Positions 1-10,068 of a DNA stretch of 64,000 bases are shown one piece after another (the stretch's first letter is position 1; every line of letters begins with the position of its first letter). Below the pieces are notes generated by a model. The model did not search any database. It was not told the DNA's origin and saw nothing but the letters and a program-made list of their open reading frames with translations. This DNA is from an uncultured Bacilli bacterium (lineage in GTDB: Bacteria; Bacillota_I; Bacilli_A; RF39; UBA660), in assembly GCA_934129885.1 (NCBI GenBank), contig CAKOWU010000004.1, positions 857 through 64,856 of the forward strand. The letters run 5' to 3'. A program made the position numbers and the translations under genes.

Positions 1-23
1 TTGATACAAGCCAGGTAACGAGT

Positions 24-2714
24 ATGCATGGTATGTTTTCTGGTTGTAGCAGTCTTACCACCTTGGATTTAAGCTATTTTGATACAAGCAAGGTAACAAA
101 TATGGCATATATGTTTTCTGATTGTAGTAAACTTACCACCCTTGATGTAAGCAATTTTGATACAAGTAAGGTAAAGGATATGGAGTCTATGTTTTCTAGC
201 TGTAGCAGTCTTACTAACTTAAAATTATGTTCATTTGATACATTCAATGTTACTTATATGAGACGAATGTTCCAATATACAAAAAAATTAACTAAAATTT
301 ATGTAGGTTCTAACTGGACAACTGAAAATGTTAAATATTCTTCATATATGTTTAATAGCAGCGGAGTATCTTCTGTGACGCAGTCCAATAACTGTGAAAT
401 AGATGCTGAAGATATAAGCGTAAGTTTAAATACAACATCAACTACCAATAGCATCACCGCAGTCGCAACTGCTTCTGCTGATAGTGGTATTGCTAAGTAT
501 GAGTTTAGTAAAGATGATGGCAAGACTTGGATTGATAACGGTACAAGTAATGTTTATACATTTAGTAATTTAAAAAATGGTATATCCGTATCCGTAGATA
601 CCTTAAAAAATGATGTAGTAACAAGCGGCGATGGTTTATATACAGATAGTACCGAAACAGGCAGATATGTATATAGAGGAGCAAATCCCAATAACTATAT
701 AACATTAGGTACAGATATATATAGAATTATTTCAGTAGAATCAGATGGAACGCTTAAGGTAATAAAAAATGTTAGTATAGGTAGAAAAGCATTTGATACT
801 TCAAATGCTAGGTATTCTACTATAAGTACAGATTATTGTAATTCTTCAAGTGGTTGTAAAGCATGGGGAAGTAAAACAACTACACTTGATACCAATGGAA
901 AAAATGTAACCCAAATGCCAAGAGCAGTCAATGGAACGCTTTATAATCTTCCAGATTCAGAAGCAACATTAAATACATATTTAAATAATGATTGGTATAA
1001 TAGTTTAAGTAGTAATGTTCAAAATATAGTAGTATCACATATGTTTAATGTAGGAGTAACGAAATATAATGAAACCAATTTATCAAATACAATAACACAA
1101 GAACAAACTTATAAATGGAAAGGTAAAGTAGGATTAATGAATCCAAGTGATTATGTAAAAGCCAGTACCAATTCCGCATGTACAAGTGTAAATGCATATT
1201 ATGCTACATCATCATGTTATAAAAATAGTGATACGCATAACTGGATTTACGCAGGACCTGCGGCAAAAAGTGCCTCATGGACAATCGCACCTTACTCCTC
1301 CCCCAGCGCTCACTCCGTGTCCTTTGTGGACAGTGGCGGCACCCTGACCGGCTACAGCGCTAATGGCAGTGACGGCGCGGCGCCAGTTCTCTATCTGTCA
1401 TCTAATATCTCCCTTGAGGGAAAAGGAACTGTAGATAATCCATATGCTATAGCAACAGGACAGTATGAAATAAAAACAAGAGTAACATCTAATATTGGGA
1501 AACAAGCTACATCTGATAGTGTAGGGACAACTTTAAAGTCTCTAACAGTCCCTACATTTAGTGAGAAAACAACTAGTACAGGTAAAACAGTTACAATAAC
1601 TTATCCGAGTGCCAGTGGTTTAACTAAACAATATCAAGTAAATGGGGGAACGTGGCAAACCGCATCAAGTACAACGCAAGCCGTGTCATTTACTGCTGAT
1701 GGCACACTAGTTGCCAAAGTAACAGATGGTACAAATACAGTGAGCAGTAGTTATACTGTTGTGATAGATACCACAGCTCCTACAGTGAAATTTGGTACAA
1801 ACGGAAGTACAACATGGAAGAAAAGTCAAAGTACAACAGTTACAGTTACTGATAATATAGCACTTAATACAAGTAGCTTAAAATATTTATGGAACCGAAG
1901 TACCACCAAGCCATCAGAAAGTAGTTTCACAGCCTCATTTACAAGTGGAAATACAATAACCAAAAATACTGGAACTGGAAATAATTGGTATTTATGGATT
2001 TTAGCAAAAGATAAAGCGGGCAATACAACAATTGTAAGATCAAATGCATTTTATATTGATAATACAGCGCCAACTATAACTGCGAATAATAACAGTAGCA
2101 ACAATTGGGTTAAATATGGTACTGGTGTAGTTATAAGTGGAAAGGTAAGTGACGCTAATTCTGGAATAAATAAATCCACTTTATATTATTCATATAATGG
2201 TAGTACACAAAAAGGTAATGATTGGGATACAAATAATGGAAGCAGTTATTCTGGAACGTGGTCTGCAAGCAGAGAGCAGCAAGTTTGGGTAAGAATTGCA
2301 GATAATGCAGGAAACTATTCCGCTTGGACAAATGCTGGTTGGGTTAAAATACTTAGTGCATATAAATCGGGTACATTATATGGAGACGAAGTTGGTCCTG
2401 GACCTTCATATTTTAGAACTGTATACCAATATAGAGAAGTTGACAAGAATGATTCACAGGTTCATCTTCAGTGGAGATGTTATGTTGAAGTGACATCAGG
2501 AAATTTTTACGGAACAACGCTTGGAAATAATTGGTATGGAAACTTTAGTATATACGATGCAGGAACGTATGGTGATAGCGGATGGTGTGATTATGCAGAC
2601 ACATGGATAAGCTACGGATCTACAAAATCAGATAATTGTAATGCTAATTATAGTGGTAGTGATTACTATAACTCAACTGCGTCACTTAATTTTACACCAA
2701 GCAGAACAGGCTAA
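24..2714 (+). CDS. Large cell-surface protein, 5'-truncated by the window edge. It has N-terminal BspA-type leucine-rich repeats, a shared 'NPNNY..YRII..DGT..IKN / KGKVGLMNPSDY' domain, and C-terminal Ig-like repeats.
   Basis: The ORF is open from the window start. Repeated 'tsKVTnMaymFsdCSsLttLDlSnFDTSKV' units match BspA/LRR_5-type repeats. The middle domain is clearly paralogous to the ORF at 22764-23714. C-terminal repeats of the form 'D.TAPT..' look like bacterial Ig-like folds. Confidence 0.6.
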   Translation: MHGMFSGCSSLTTLDLSYFDTSKVTNMAYMFSDCSKLTTLDVSNFDTSKVKDMESMFSSCSSLTNLKLCSFDTFNVTYMRRMFQYTKKLTKIYVGSNWTTENVKYSSYMFNSSGVSSVTQSNNCEIDAEDISVSLNTTSTTNSITAVATASADSGIAKYEFSKDDGKTWIDNGTSNVYTFSNLKNGISVSVDTLKNDVVTSGDGLYTDSTETGRYVYRGANPNNYITLGTDIYRIISVESDGTLKVIKNVSIGRKAFDTSNARYSTISTDYCNSSSGCKAWGSKTTTLDTNGKNVTQMPRAVNGTLYNLPDSEATLNTYLNNDWYNSLSSNVQNIVVSHMFNVGVTKYNETNLSNTITQEQTYKWKGKVGLMNPSDYVKASTNSACTSVNAYYATSSCYKNSDTHNWIYAGPAAKSASWTIAPYSSPSAHSVSFVDSGGTLTGYSANGSDGAAPVLYLSSNISLEGKGTVDNPYAIATGQYEIKTRVTSNIGKQATSDSVGTTLKSLTVPTFSEKTTSTGKTVTITYPSASGLTKQYQVNGGTWQTASSTTQAVSFTADGTLVAKVTDGTNTVSSSYTVVIDTTAPTVKFGTNGSTTWKKSQSTTVTVTDNIALNTSSLKYLWNRSTTKPSESSFTASFTSGNTITKNTGTGNNWYLWILAKDKAGNTTIVRSNAFYIDNTAPTITANNNSSNNWVKYGTGVVISGKVSDANSGINKSTLYYSYNGSTQKGNDWDTNNGSSYSGTWSASREQQVWVRIADNAGNYSAWTNAGWVKILSAYKSGTLYGDEVGPGPSYFRTVYQYREVDKNDSQVHLQWRCYVEVTSGNFYGTTLGNNWYGNFSIYDAGTYGDSGWCDYADTWISYGSTKSDNCNANYSGSDYYNSTASLNFTPSRTG

Positions 2715-2961
2715 TGAAAACATGATGTCTTAATTCTTATAACTCCTAAAGAGAGTAATTAATATATATTAGTTACTCTAATAGGGTTTATAAGTGATTC
2801 ACTCACGCATAGGAACCGTCTTATAAACCCTAAACTATATTAGTAATTTGCTAGTATAGTTTTTTATTTAATATAAAAGTATTTAATCTATCTGTGTAGT
2901 TTCAAAAAAACTTTATTGATGTTTTTATTTATGTTATACTTTATTATAGGAGAGTGATAAT

Positions 2962-4449
2962 ATGAGACCATTGCTTTTATGTATATTAGATGGTTTTGGA
3001 GAAAGAAATGAAACCAAAGGTAATGCTGTTAAAGAAGCATATATGCCTAATTATAATTATTTAAAAAAAAACTATCCTTTTTCTTTACTAGACGCTAGCG
3101 GTGAGGCCGTTGGTCTTCCAAAAGGACAAATGGGTAATAGTGAAGTAGGACATTCTAACATTGGTGCCGGTAGAGTTTTATATGGACCTTTAATGAGAAT
3201 AAATAATTCTATTAAAGATGGTAGTTTTTTTGCTAACAAAAATATATTAGAAACTATAAAAAAGGCTAAAGACCATAAATTACACATCATGGGCTTGCTT
3301 AGTGATGGCGGAATACATTCGCATATTAACCACTTAATGGCTTTACTTGATTTAGTTAAAAAACAAGATATTAAAGAAGTTTATATACATGCCTTTACCG
3401 ATGGTAGAGACACATTACCTAACGTGAGTATTAAGTATTTAGATAAATTACAAGATAAACTTAATAAACTAAAAATCGGTAAAATTGCTAGTATATCTGG
3501 AAGATACTATGCAATGGATAGAGATAATAGATGGGATAGAATAAAAAAAGTTTATGATGCTATAGTATGCGGTAACGCAAAAGAGTATAGTGATTACCAT
3601 ACAGTTATAGAAGAAAACTATTCTAAAGGAGTAACTGATGAATTTATAGTTCCTAGTTTACTCGATAAAAACGGTTTAATAGAAGATGGTGATTCTGTTA
3701 TTATATTCAATTTTAGACCTGATAGGTTAAGAGAGATAGGTATGACACTTACTAATAAAACGTTCAAAGAATTTGAAACAAAAAATATAGACATATCTTT
3801 ACTTACTATGATGAACGTTAGTCATGACGTTAAATGCACAAATGCTTTTGAAGAGTTAAAAATTAACAATACCTTAGGTGAGTATTTAGCAACTTTAGGA
3901 TATAAACAACTTAGAATTGCAGAGACTGAAAAATATGCCCATGTTACTTATTTCTTTGATGGGGGAGAAGAGAAAACTTTTAAAGGCGAAGAAAAAATTT
4001 TAATACCATCACCCCACGTAGCGACATATGATTTAAAACCAGAAATGAGTGCATATATGATCACAGATAGACTTTTAAAAGAAATAGATAATTATGATTT
4101 TATATTAATTAATTTCGCCAATAGCGATATGGTAGGGCATACTGGCAACTACACTGCGACTGTGGAAGCACTAGAAGTGATAGATAAATGCATCGGCACT
4201 ATATACAAAAAAGTATTAGAAAAAGATGGAATATTCATTTTAACAGCCGATCATGGTAATAGTGATTATATGATTGATGATAAAGGAAATGCTGTGACTT
4301 CTCACTCTATTAGTAAAGTACCTTTTATAGTTACTTTAAATGATATAACACTTAAGAACGGTTCTTTGCCAGATATCGCACCTACAATACTTACTATATT
4401 AGGTGAAAAAATACCAGAAGAAATGACAGGAGACATACTTATAAAATGA
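2962..4449 (+). CDS. gpmI: 2,3-bisphosphoglycerate-independent phosphoglycerate mutase
   Basis: 495 aa. The N-terminus 'LLCILDGFGE' and the motifs 'GNSEVGHSNIGAGR' and 'ADHGN' are typical of the iPGM family. The RBS is 'aggagagtg' upstream of the ATG. Confidence 0.9.
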   Translation: MRPLLLCILDGFGERNETKGNAVKEAYMPNYNYLKKNYPFSLLDASGEAVGLPKGQMGNSEVGHSNIGAGRVLYGPLMRINNSIKDGSFFANKNILETIKKAKDHKLHIMGLLSDGGIHSHINHLMALLDLVKKQDIKEVYIHAFTDGRDTLPNVSIKYLDKLQDKLNKLKIGKIASISGRYYAMDRDNRWDRIKKVYDAIVCGNAKEYSDYHTVIEENYSKGVTDEFIVPSLLDKNGLIEDGDSVIIFNFRPDRLREIGMTLTNKTFKEFETKNIDISLLTMMNVSHDVKCTNAFEELKINNTLGEYLATLGYKQLRIAETEKYAHVTYFFDGGEEKTFKGEEKILIPSPHVATYDLKPEMSAYMITDRLLKEIDNYDFILINFANSDMVGHTGNYTATVEALEVIDKCIGTIYKKVLEKDGIFILTADHGNSDYMIDDKGNAVTSHSISKVPFIVTLNDITLKNGSLPDIAPTILTILGEKIPEEMTGDILIK

Positions 4450-5147
4450 GAAATATAGATTTTTTAAAAGAAAACTTAATCGCCCATAGAGGCTTATATG
4501 AAGATGGAATACCTGAAAATAGTATTTCATCTTTTGAAAGAGCCATAAAATTCGGCTATATAGTAGAACTTGATATACATCTTTTAAAAGATAATAATAT
4601 AGTAGTTTTCCATGATGATAATTTAAAAAGAATGTATGATAAGGATATTGCCTTAAAAAATTCTACTTATGACGAATTAAAACGATATAATATTCCCTTG
4701 TTTAAAGATGTACTTGCACTAGTAAATGGGCAGGTGCCACTTATCATTGAACTTAAGTGTGATAATGATATGGGTAAATTAGAAAACGAAGTTACTAAGT
4801 ATTTAGATAATTATAATGGGAAATTTGCGGTTAAAAGTTTTGATCCTAGGAGAATAAGATGGTTTAAAGTAAATAGGCCTAATTATATTAGAGGAGTACT
4901 ATTTACAGATAGAGGAGATTATCCAGTATATTTAATTTATTTATATACGAGAATTTTAGTAAAGCCAGATTTTATATCAGTTCGTTATACTTGCCTAGAT
5001 AAATGGTATATAAGAAGGTATAGAAAAAAGGTTCTTATTTTAACTTGGGTTATTAGAAATAAAAAACTATATTCAAAACTTAAAAATAAAGCCGATAATT
5101 ATATTGGTGAGGGCATGGATAAGTGGAATATTAATTTTATGCGTTAA
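4446..5147 (+). CDS. Glycerophosphodiester phosphodiesterase family protein
   Basis: The N-terminus 'IAHRGLYEDGIPENSISSFERA...ELDIHLLKDNNIVVFHDDNL' matches the GDPD catalytic motif (HR...E.D). The start overlaps the gpmI stop. Confidence 0.8.
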   Translation: MRNIDFLKENLIAHRGLYEDGIPENSISSFERAIKFGYIVELDIHLLKDNNIVVFHDDNLKRMYDKDIALKNSTYDELKRYNIPLFKDVLALVNGQVPLIIELKCDNDMGKLENEVTKYLDNYNGKFAVKSFDPRRIRWFKVNRPNYIRGVLFTDRGDYPVYLIYLYTRILVKPDFISVRYTCLDKWYIRRYRKKVLILTWVIRNKKLYSKLKNKADNYIGEGMDKWNINFMR

Positions 5148-5307
5148 TTATAATTCCAATATATATTTTATAAAAATAGTAAATATTTTCAAAAACTATG
5201 AATTTATCCCAATTGGGGTATTTTTTTGCGTTAATTTGCCCAAATTCTTCTAAGGTAAATTTAGGTAAATTGTTCATGTTTTCTGCCAGAATTTAGGTAA
5301 AACATCA

Positions 5308-5339
5308 CTTTGACATACTTCCATAAGTGTTGTATAGTT
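5308..5339 (+). promoter_or_regulatory. Sigma-A-type promoter for the Rpn-like gene (TTGACA-17-TATAGT), overlapping a GTTGTATAGTTTACT sequence related to the 41-bp motif
   Basis: The sequence 'tTTGACAtacttccataagtgttgTATAGTttact' was read directly. A perfect 10-bp palindrome, CTCGATCGAG, lies immediately downstream at 5346-5355. Confidence 0.45.
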
Positions 5340-5394
5340 TACTCACTCGATCGAGCAAACCGTTTAAAAAGTCTATTAAAAGGAGGAAAAAATC

Positions 5395-6354
5395 ATGACT
5401 TTATTAAAAACTGAAAAGATAGAAAAACAAGAAATATCTAAATCAAAAACATCATCTAAAATCAAACCAAAAGGAGATAAAATTATTCCCGGTATATTTG
5501 ACGGGTTATTTAAAGCGTTAATTCAAAGTAATGAATTTAGAAAATGCCTTTATATTATACTAGTCACTTGTACTCATTTTACTATGAGCGAGGTAATAGA
5601 CAAAATAAGATTTTTAAATACCGAACTCAAGAAAGAAAAGTACAAAGAGAAAGGTAAGATAACTGATATTTTAATCGATATTAGTGGGTATACCATAAAT
5701 ATCGAAGCAAATACTAGTGATACAAAGTCATTAAGACTTAAAAATCATAATTATCACCATAAAATATCAACTGAACGATTTAGTACGGGCAGTGAGTTTG
5801 ATGATAAGTATGTCTATCAACTTTCTTTTGAAAGTGTAAGAAAGTTTGATGATAGAATATATCTTACTTTCACTCTAAAAGACGAAGAAAGTAAATATTC
5901 TGACGAAGAAAATTTCAAAAGAGTTTATATTTGTATAGCCAAAGCAGCCGAAAAGTATTATAATAATATTGAGTTATCAAAGTTTGAAAAGATACTTGTT
6001 ATGTTACAAAGTACAAGTAGAAAAGAACTTTTTAGACTTGCTGAAGGAGATGAAGATCTAATGGATATGGCAAAGAAGATAGATGATTTAAATACTGACG
6101 AAAATATTATTGGTTTGTATGATGAAGAAAAGATGAAACAGGCAATGTATAATTTTGATATTAAAGAGGCAACAGCCAAGGGAAAAGAGGAAGGACTTGC
6201 TGAAGGAGAAAGCAAAGGTATTGCCATTGGAAAAGAACAAGGAGGTAATGAAAAAGCAATAACTATTGCCAAAAAACTTCTTGAAGACGGAATGGATATT
6301 TCAAAAGTTGCCAGTATAACTGGACTTAATGAAGACGATATTACGAATTTGTAA
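5395..6354 (+). CDS. Rpn/YhgA-like PD-(D/E)XK nuclease / putative transposase family protein
   Basis: It has a strong RBS (aaaggagg). The N-terminal 'FDGLFKAL' and 'ILIDISGYTINIEAN' resemble the Rpn (transposase_31) core. The C-terminal 'GKEEGLAEGESKGIAIGKEQG..AKKLLEDGMDISKVASITGL' is a tail typical of this family and is shared with the ORF at 44781. Confidence 0.6.
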   Translation: MTLLKTEKIEKQEISKSKTSSKIKPKGDKIIPGIFDGLFKALIQSNEFRKCLYIILVTCTHFTMSEVIDKIRFLNTELKKEKYKEKGKITDILIDISGYTINIEANTSDTKSLRLKNHNYHHKISTERFSTGSEFDDKYVYQLSFESVRKFDDRIYLTFTLKDEESKYSDEENFKRVYICIAKAAEKYYNNIELSKFEKILVMLQSTSRKELFRLAEGDEDLMDMAKKIDDLNTDENIIGLYDEEKMKQAMYNFDIKEATAKGKEEGLAEGESKGIAIGKEQGGNEKAITIAKKLLEDGMDISKVASITGLNEDDITNL

Positions 6355-6438
6355 TTATCGTTTTTTTCTAATAAACTAAAATTACGCATCTGTAATCTGT
6401 ATATCATTATAAAGGTCTAAGAAAGTTTAGAAAGCGCA

Positions 6439-6585
6439 ATAGCCAAGGCAGCCGAAAAGTATTATAATAATATCGAATTATCGAAGTTTGAAAAGATACT
6501 TGTTATGTTACAAAGTACAAGTAGAAAAGAACTTTTCGGGCTTGCTGAAGGAGATGAAGATCTAATGGCTATGGCAAAGAGGATA
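6439..6585 (+). pseudogene. A roughly 150-bp partial duplicate (about 95% identical) of the internal region 5935-6083 of the upstream Rpn-like gene
   Basis: Direct DNA comparison shows that it encodes 'AIAKAAEKYYNNIELSKFEKILVMLQSTSRKELFGLAEGDEDLMAMAKRI*', matching residues of the ORF at 5395. It has no start codon. Confidence 0.6.
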
Positions 6586-6825
6586 TAATAAAGGTGGCAG
6601 AATTAGAAGAAGAGGATATCTTAAACTTGCAAAATAAAGATTAAAAAAGCAGAAGAACTACAAGTATAAAACTGGTGCTCTTTTCATTTTATATATAGAG
6701 TTCACTATATTTTCGTGTAGTTAAAAACAGAAGAGTATTATCACTTATACTTATAAAAATTCAGGTTGCATTTAGTTTTACTTTTGACAAAATTTCATTA
6801 ATGATTAACAATATAAGTTTTTCCT

Positions 6826-6854
6826 TTGATTTATTGGATAAAATATAGTATAAT
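6826..6854 (+). promoter_or_regulatory. Sigma-A-type promoter upstream of ftsA (TTGATT-17-TATAAT)
   Basis: The sequence 'TTGATTtattggataaaatatagTATAAT' sits about 28 nt upstream of the ftsA RBS. Confidence 0.45.
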
Positions 6855-6882
6855 TAAGTTGATACTGTAGGAGGATGATGAT

Positions 6883-8124
6883 ATGGAGCATGTATATGCT
6901 AGTATTGATATTGGTAGTGATGCAATAAAACTTGTTGTTTGTGAACTATATAATGGCAATTTGAATTTACTAGCGGCATCTTCCGTACCATCAAATGGAA
7001 TAAAAAAAGGATTGATTATAGATCCTGAACTTGCCAAAGAGTCAATAAGCAAAGCCTTTGATGAGGTAAAAGCAATGCTTGGCTTCGAAGTAAAAGAAGT
7101 AATTGCTTCTGCTGCTTTATATAAAGTGGAATACAAAGTTGTAAAAAGTGATTGTGATGTTAAAGGTGATTTAATTACTGCTAGTGAAATTAATACTTTA
7201 TATAAAAGAGCAGTTAGAGATAATCTAACCAATAATAAGGAGTTTGTTACCCTCTACCCAATTGACTTTATCATTAATGGTAAAAATAAAATGATAGATC
7301 CAAAAGGTTTCCCTGGAACAAAACTTTCTTCTAGATGGATGATGATATCTCTTCCTAAAAAGAATTTATACTCTGTTGCCAGTATTTTAGAAGACTTAGG
7401 AATAGAAATTGTAGACATATCTGTTAGTAGTATCGGTAATTATTGCTTAAGTAAAAATGAAAAACATAGAGATGCAGTAGGCTTTATCATTGATATGGGC
7501 AGTGAGACTACAACTATAAGTCTATATAATAAAGGCGTCCCTATCGCTTCCAAAGTCATTGGTATGGGCGGACGCGATATTGATTCTGACATCTCTTACA
7601 TGTATAAAATAGACATAGATGAGGCAAAAAAAATAAAACACAGATTTGTTAGATGTTCAAAGAAGTATATTAACCCTGATGATTATTATGAGATTACTAA
7701 TGAAAAAGGCGAAGTAATCAAAATTAATCAGGTCGAGGTAAGTGAAATTGCTACGTCTAGAATGGAAGAGATAATTTCTTTAGTAAAAAATGAAATTAAC
7801 CTCTTAACAAATAAGCCAATTCAGTATATAATATTAACTGGTGGTACCAGTAACCTTAAAGATTTAAACAAACTGGTATCTAGAATATTAAATTCTAAAA
7901 CTGAAACAGAAAAGATTAAACTTATTGGTGTTAGGAATAACAAATATTCAGTAGCCCTTGGTAACATTATTTATTTTACTGACAATTTGAAATTAAAGGG
8001 GCAAGATTTTACAATGCTAGAGAATGATGATATGGAAGTGTTGTCATCACCAGATAAGCATTTTGTAGACACTTCAAATGAGACAATGCTGGGTAAAGTG
8101 TTTGGATACTTTTTCGGCGAATAG
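6883..8124 (+). CDS. ftsA: Cell division protein FtsA
   Basis: It has an actin-like ATPase fold. The N-terminal 'ASIDIGSDAIKLVV' and 'ILTGGTSNLKDL' are FtsA hallmarks. The RBS is 'taggagga', and ftsZ lies immediately downstream. Confidence 0.9.
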   Translation: MEHVYASIDIGSDAIKLVVCELYNGNLNLLAASSVPSNGIKKGLIIDPELAKESISKAFDEVKAMLGFEVKEVIASAALYKVEYKVVKSDCDVKGDLITASEINTLYKRAVRDNLTNNKEFVTLYPIDFIINGKNKMIDPKGFPGTKLSSRWMMISLPKKNLYSVASILEDLGIEIVDISVSSIGNYCLSKNEKHRDAVGFIIDMGSETTTISLYNKGVPIASKVIGMGGRDIDSDISYMYKIDIDEAKKIKHRFVRCSKKYINPDDYYEITNEKGEVIKINQVEVSEIATSRMEEIISLVKNEINLLTNKPIQYIILTGGTSNLKDLNKLVSRILNSKTETEKIKLIGVRNNKYSVALGNIIYFTDNLKLKGQDFTMLENDDMEVLSSPDKHFVDTSNETMLGKVFGYFFGE

Positions 8125-8136
8125 GAGGATGGAATT

Positions 8137-9186
8137 ATGTTTGGTGGATTAGAAATGGATCAACTTGCAAAAATAAAAGTAATAGGAATAGGTGGCGGCG
8201 GCTGTAATGCCGTTAATAGAATGATCGAATCAGGGGTACAAGCAGTAGAATTTATTGTCGCAAATACTGATTCACAAGTTCTTAATAATTCTCTAGCGGA
8301 GAATAAAATTCAAATAGGTGAAGAATTAACTAATGGTCTTGGGGCCGGAGCAAACCCTGAAGTGGGTAAAGAGGCTGCCCTAGAATCTAAAGATGTAATC
8401 GAAGAGTCTTTAAAAGGTTCTGATATGGTATTTGTTACCTGTGGTATGGGTGGTGGTACCGGTACTGGTGCCGCTCCCGTAGTTGCGGATATTGCTCAAA
8501 ATTTAGGTGCTTTAACTGTTGGAATCGTTACAAAGCCTTTCTCTTTTGAAGGTAAGAAACGTATGGAACAAGCCCTTAATGGCATTAAAGAATTAAAAAA
8601 ACACGTAGATACTTTAATTATCGTACCTAACGATAGATTAAGGGAGATTATTGATAAGTCTACACCGCTTATTGACTCTTTTAAAGAAGTTGATAATGTA
8701 CTTAGACGCGGTGTTCAATCTATATCTGATTTAATCGCAGTCGCAGGGCTTATTAACCTAGATTTTGCGGACGTAAAAGCCGTTATGGAAAAACGTGGTA
8801 ACGCACTTATAGGTATTGGTGCTGGTGTAGGAGAAGACAGAGCTGTTGAAGCTGCTAATCAAGCAGTATTAAGTCCTCTTTTAGAAACTAGTATCGATGG
8901 TGCAACAGACGCCATTATAAACGTTACAGGTGGACCTAATCTAACTTTATTTGAAGTTGAAGAGGCGGTAGAAACTATCAGAAAATCAGCGAATACTGAT
9001 ATAAATACAATATTTGGTGCCGTTATTAACGAAAACTTTACCGATGAAATTATTGTGACCGTTATTGCTACCGGTTTTGATGATGAGGATAATACACGTG
9101 ATGAGGACGTTGATGACTTATTACTTGATGATACAGATGACGATAGTGCAGTTATCCCAGCCTTTTTAAGAAAAAGAAACTTTTAA
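8137..9186 (+). CDS. ftsZ: Cell division GTPase FtsZ
   Basis: It carries the tubulin signature 'GGGTGTG' and '[15 protein letters not shown]', and ends in an acidic C-terminal tail. Confidence 0.95.
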   Translation: MFGGLEMDQLAKIKVIGIGGGGCNAVNRMIESGVQAVEFIVANTDSQVLNNSLAENKIQIGEELTNGLGAGANPEVGKEAALESKDVIEESLKGSDMVFVTCGMGGGTGTGAAPVVADIAQNLGALTVGIVTKPFSFEGKKRMEQALNGIKELKKHVDTLIIVPNDRLREIIDKSTPLIDSFKEVDNVLRRGVQSISDLIAVAGLINLDFADVKAVMEKRGNALIGIGAGVGEDRAVEAANQAVLSPLLETSIDGATDAIINVTGGPNLTLFEVEEAVETIRKSANTDINTIFGAVINENFTDEIIVTVIATGFDDEDNTRDEDVDDLLLDDTDDDSAVIPAFLRKRNF

Positions 9187-9193
9187 TCCTAAC

Positions 9194-9240
9194 TCATAGA
9201 GCATTGCTTTATGAGCTTTTAGTTTTTTCACTTGGAATTA
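9194..9240 (+). terminator. Putative rho-independent terminator after ftsZ
   Basis: It is a hairpin, 'ctcataGAGCATTGCTTtatgag', followed by a T-rich run. Confidence 0.4.
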
Positions 9241-9384
9241 TAGAGCCTTAAAAAATCATTCAAAACAATTGACATTAGCCCCAAATCCTATAAAATAGAA
9301 TATGTAAGTGAGCTTTATTTACGTACGAATTAAAAAACATATGAAATAAAAGGAAACATTCAGTTAGATAGCACTCCAACTGAG

Positions 9385-9690
9385 GTGTTAGATATTTACA
9401 TTCGTATAGAGGAATCTGAAAAAATTTCACCCCATCACCGGCTTAATTCCATTATATTATTACTTAGTCACGGTCACTTGCTTAGTGACATCCAGGCAGA
9501 TGATAAAATTATACATTCAGTAAGAATAGGAGATGCAGACGATATTATCGTTAACCTTACCCCAGCCAATTTCATATTCTATAATCCTGAACGTTCAGAT
9601 ATCATGGATAGCGACATCAACAAAACTAGAGGTGCAAAAAGTTATGAGGCTCTAATGAAAACTGTATCATATTGCCTTCATAAACAGTAA
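9385..9690 (+). CDS. Hypothetical protein (GTG start, weak RBS); a doubtful gene
   Basis: This is only a six-frame ORF with no recognisable motifs. It sits in an 870-bp gap between ftsZ and rbgA. Confidence 0.2.
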   Translation: MLDIYIRIEESEKISPHHRLNSIILLLSHGHLLSDIQADDKIIHSVRIGDADDIIVNLTPANFIFYNPERSDIMDSDINKTRGAKSYEALMKTVSYCLHKQ

Positions 9691-10068
9691 ACTACTCAAA
9701 AAGACTATTCAAAAGCCCTGATAAAAGACATTCAAAATAATCAGTAGTAATTTTTATGTGAAAAGCCATGTACCCATATCGTGGTTTTTTCATGCAAAAC
9801 TTTCATCTGCACCTATACAAAAATATATACAGGCTGCTTAAGTATTTATCCGCTAGACGCAAATAGCCATATATTCATAAAAATATCTGTTTTTATGTAG
9901 TAAGCAAAACCCTAAAAAGGTCCTATCAAGCAGAAATCATAAACATTTTTGTTCTTGACTATAACCGCATTGTCGTGTTATAGTTGATTTGAATAAATAT
10001 CAAAGAAAGAAAAAAACGCAAATTAAATAAAAAATAGTTAAAATTCAAAACCAAAGGAAGTGAATGCA

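Noticed and set aside
1285-1400. Diversity-generating retroelement variable region as the explanation for the GC-rich, A-poor segment
   Set aside because: No reverse transcriptase or template repeat is present in this window, and the variable region is mid-protein in this gene. It cannot be excluded without the rest of the genome, so it is kept only as a hypothesis under the compositional finding.
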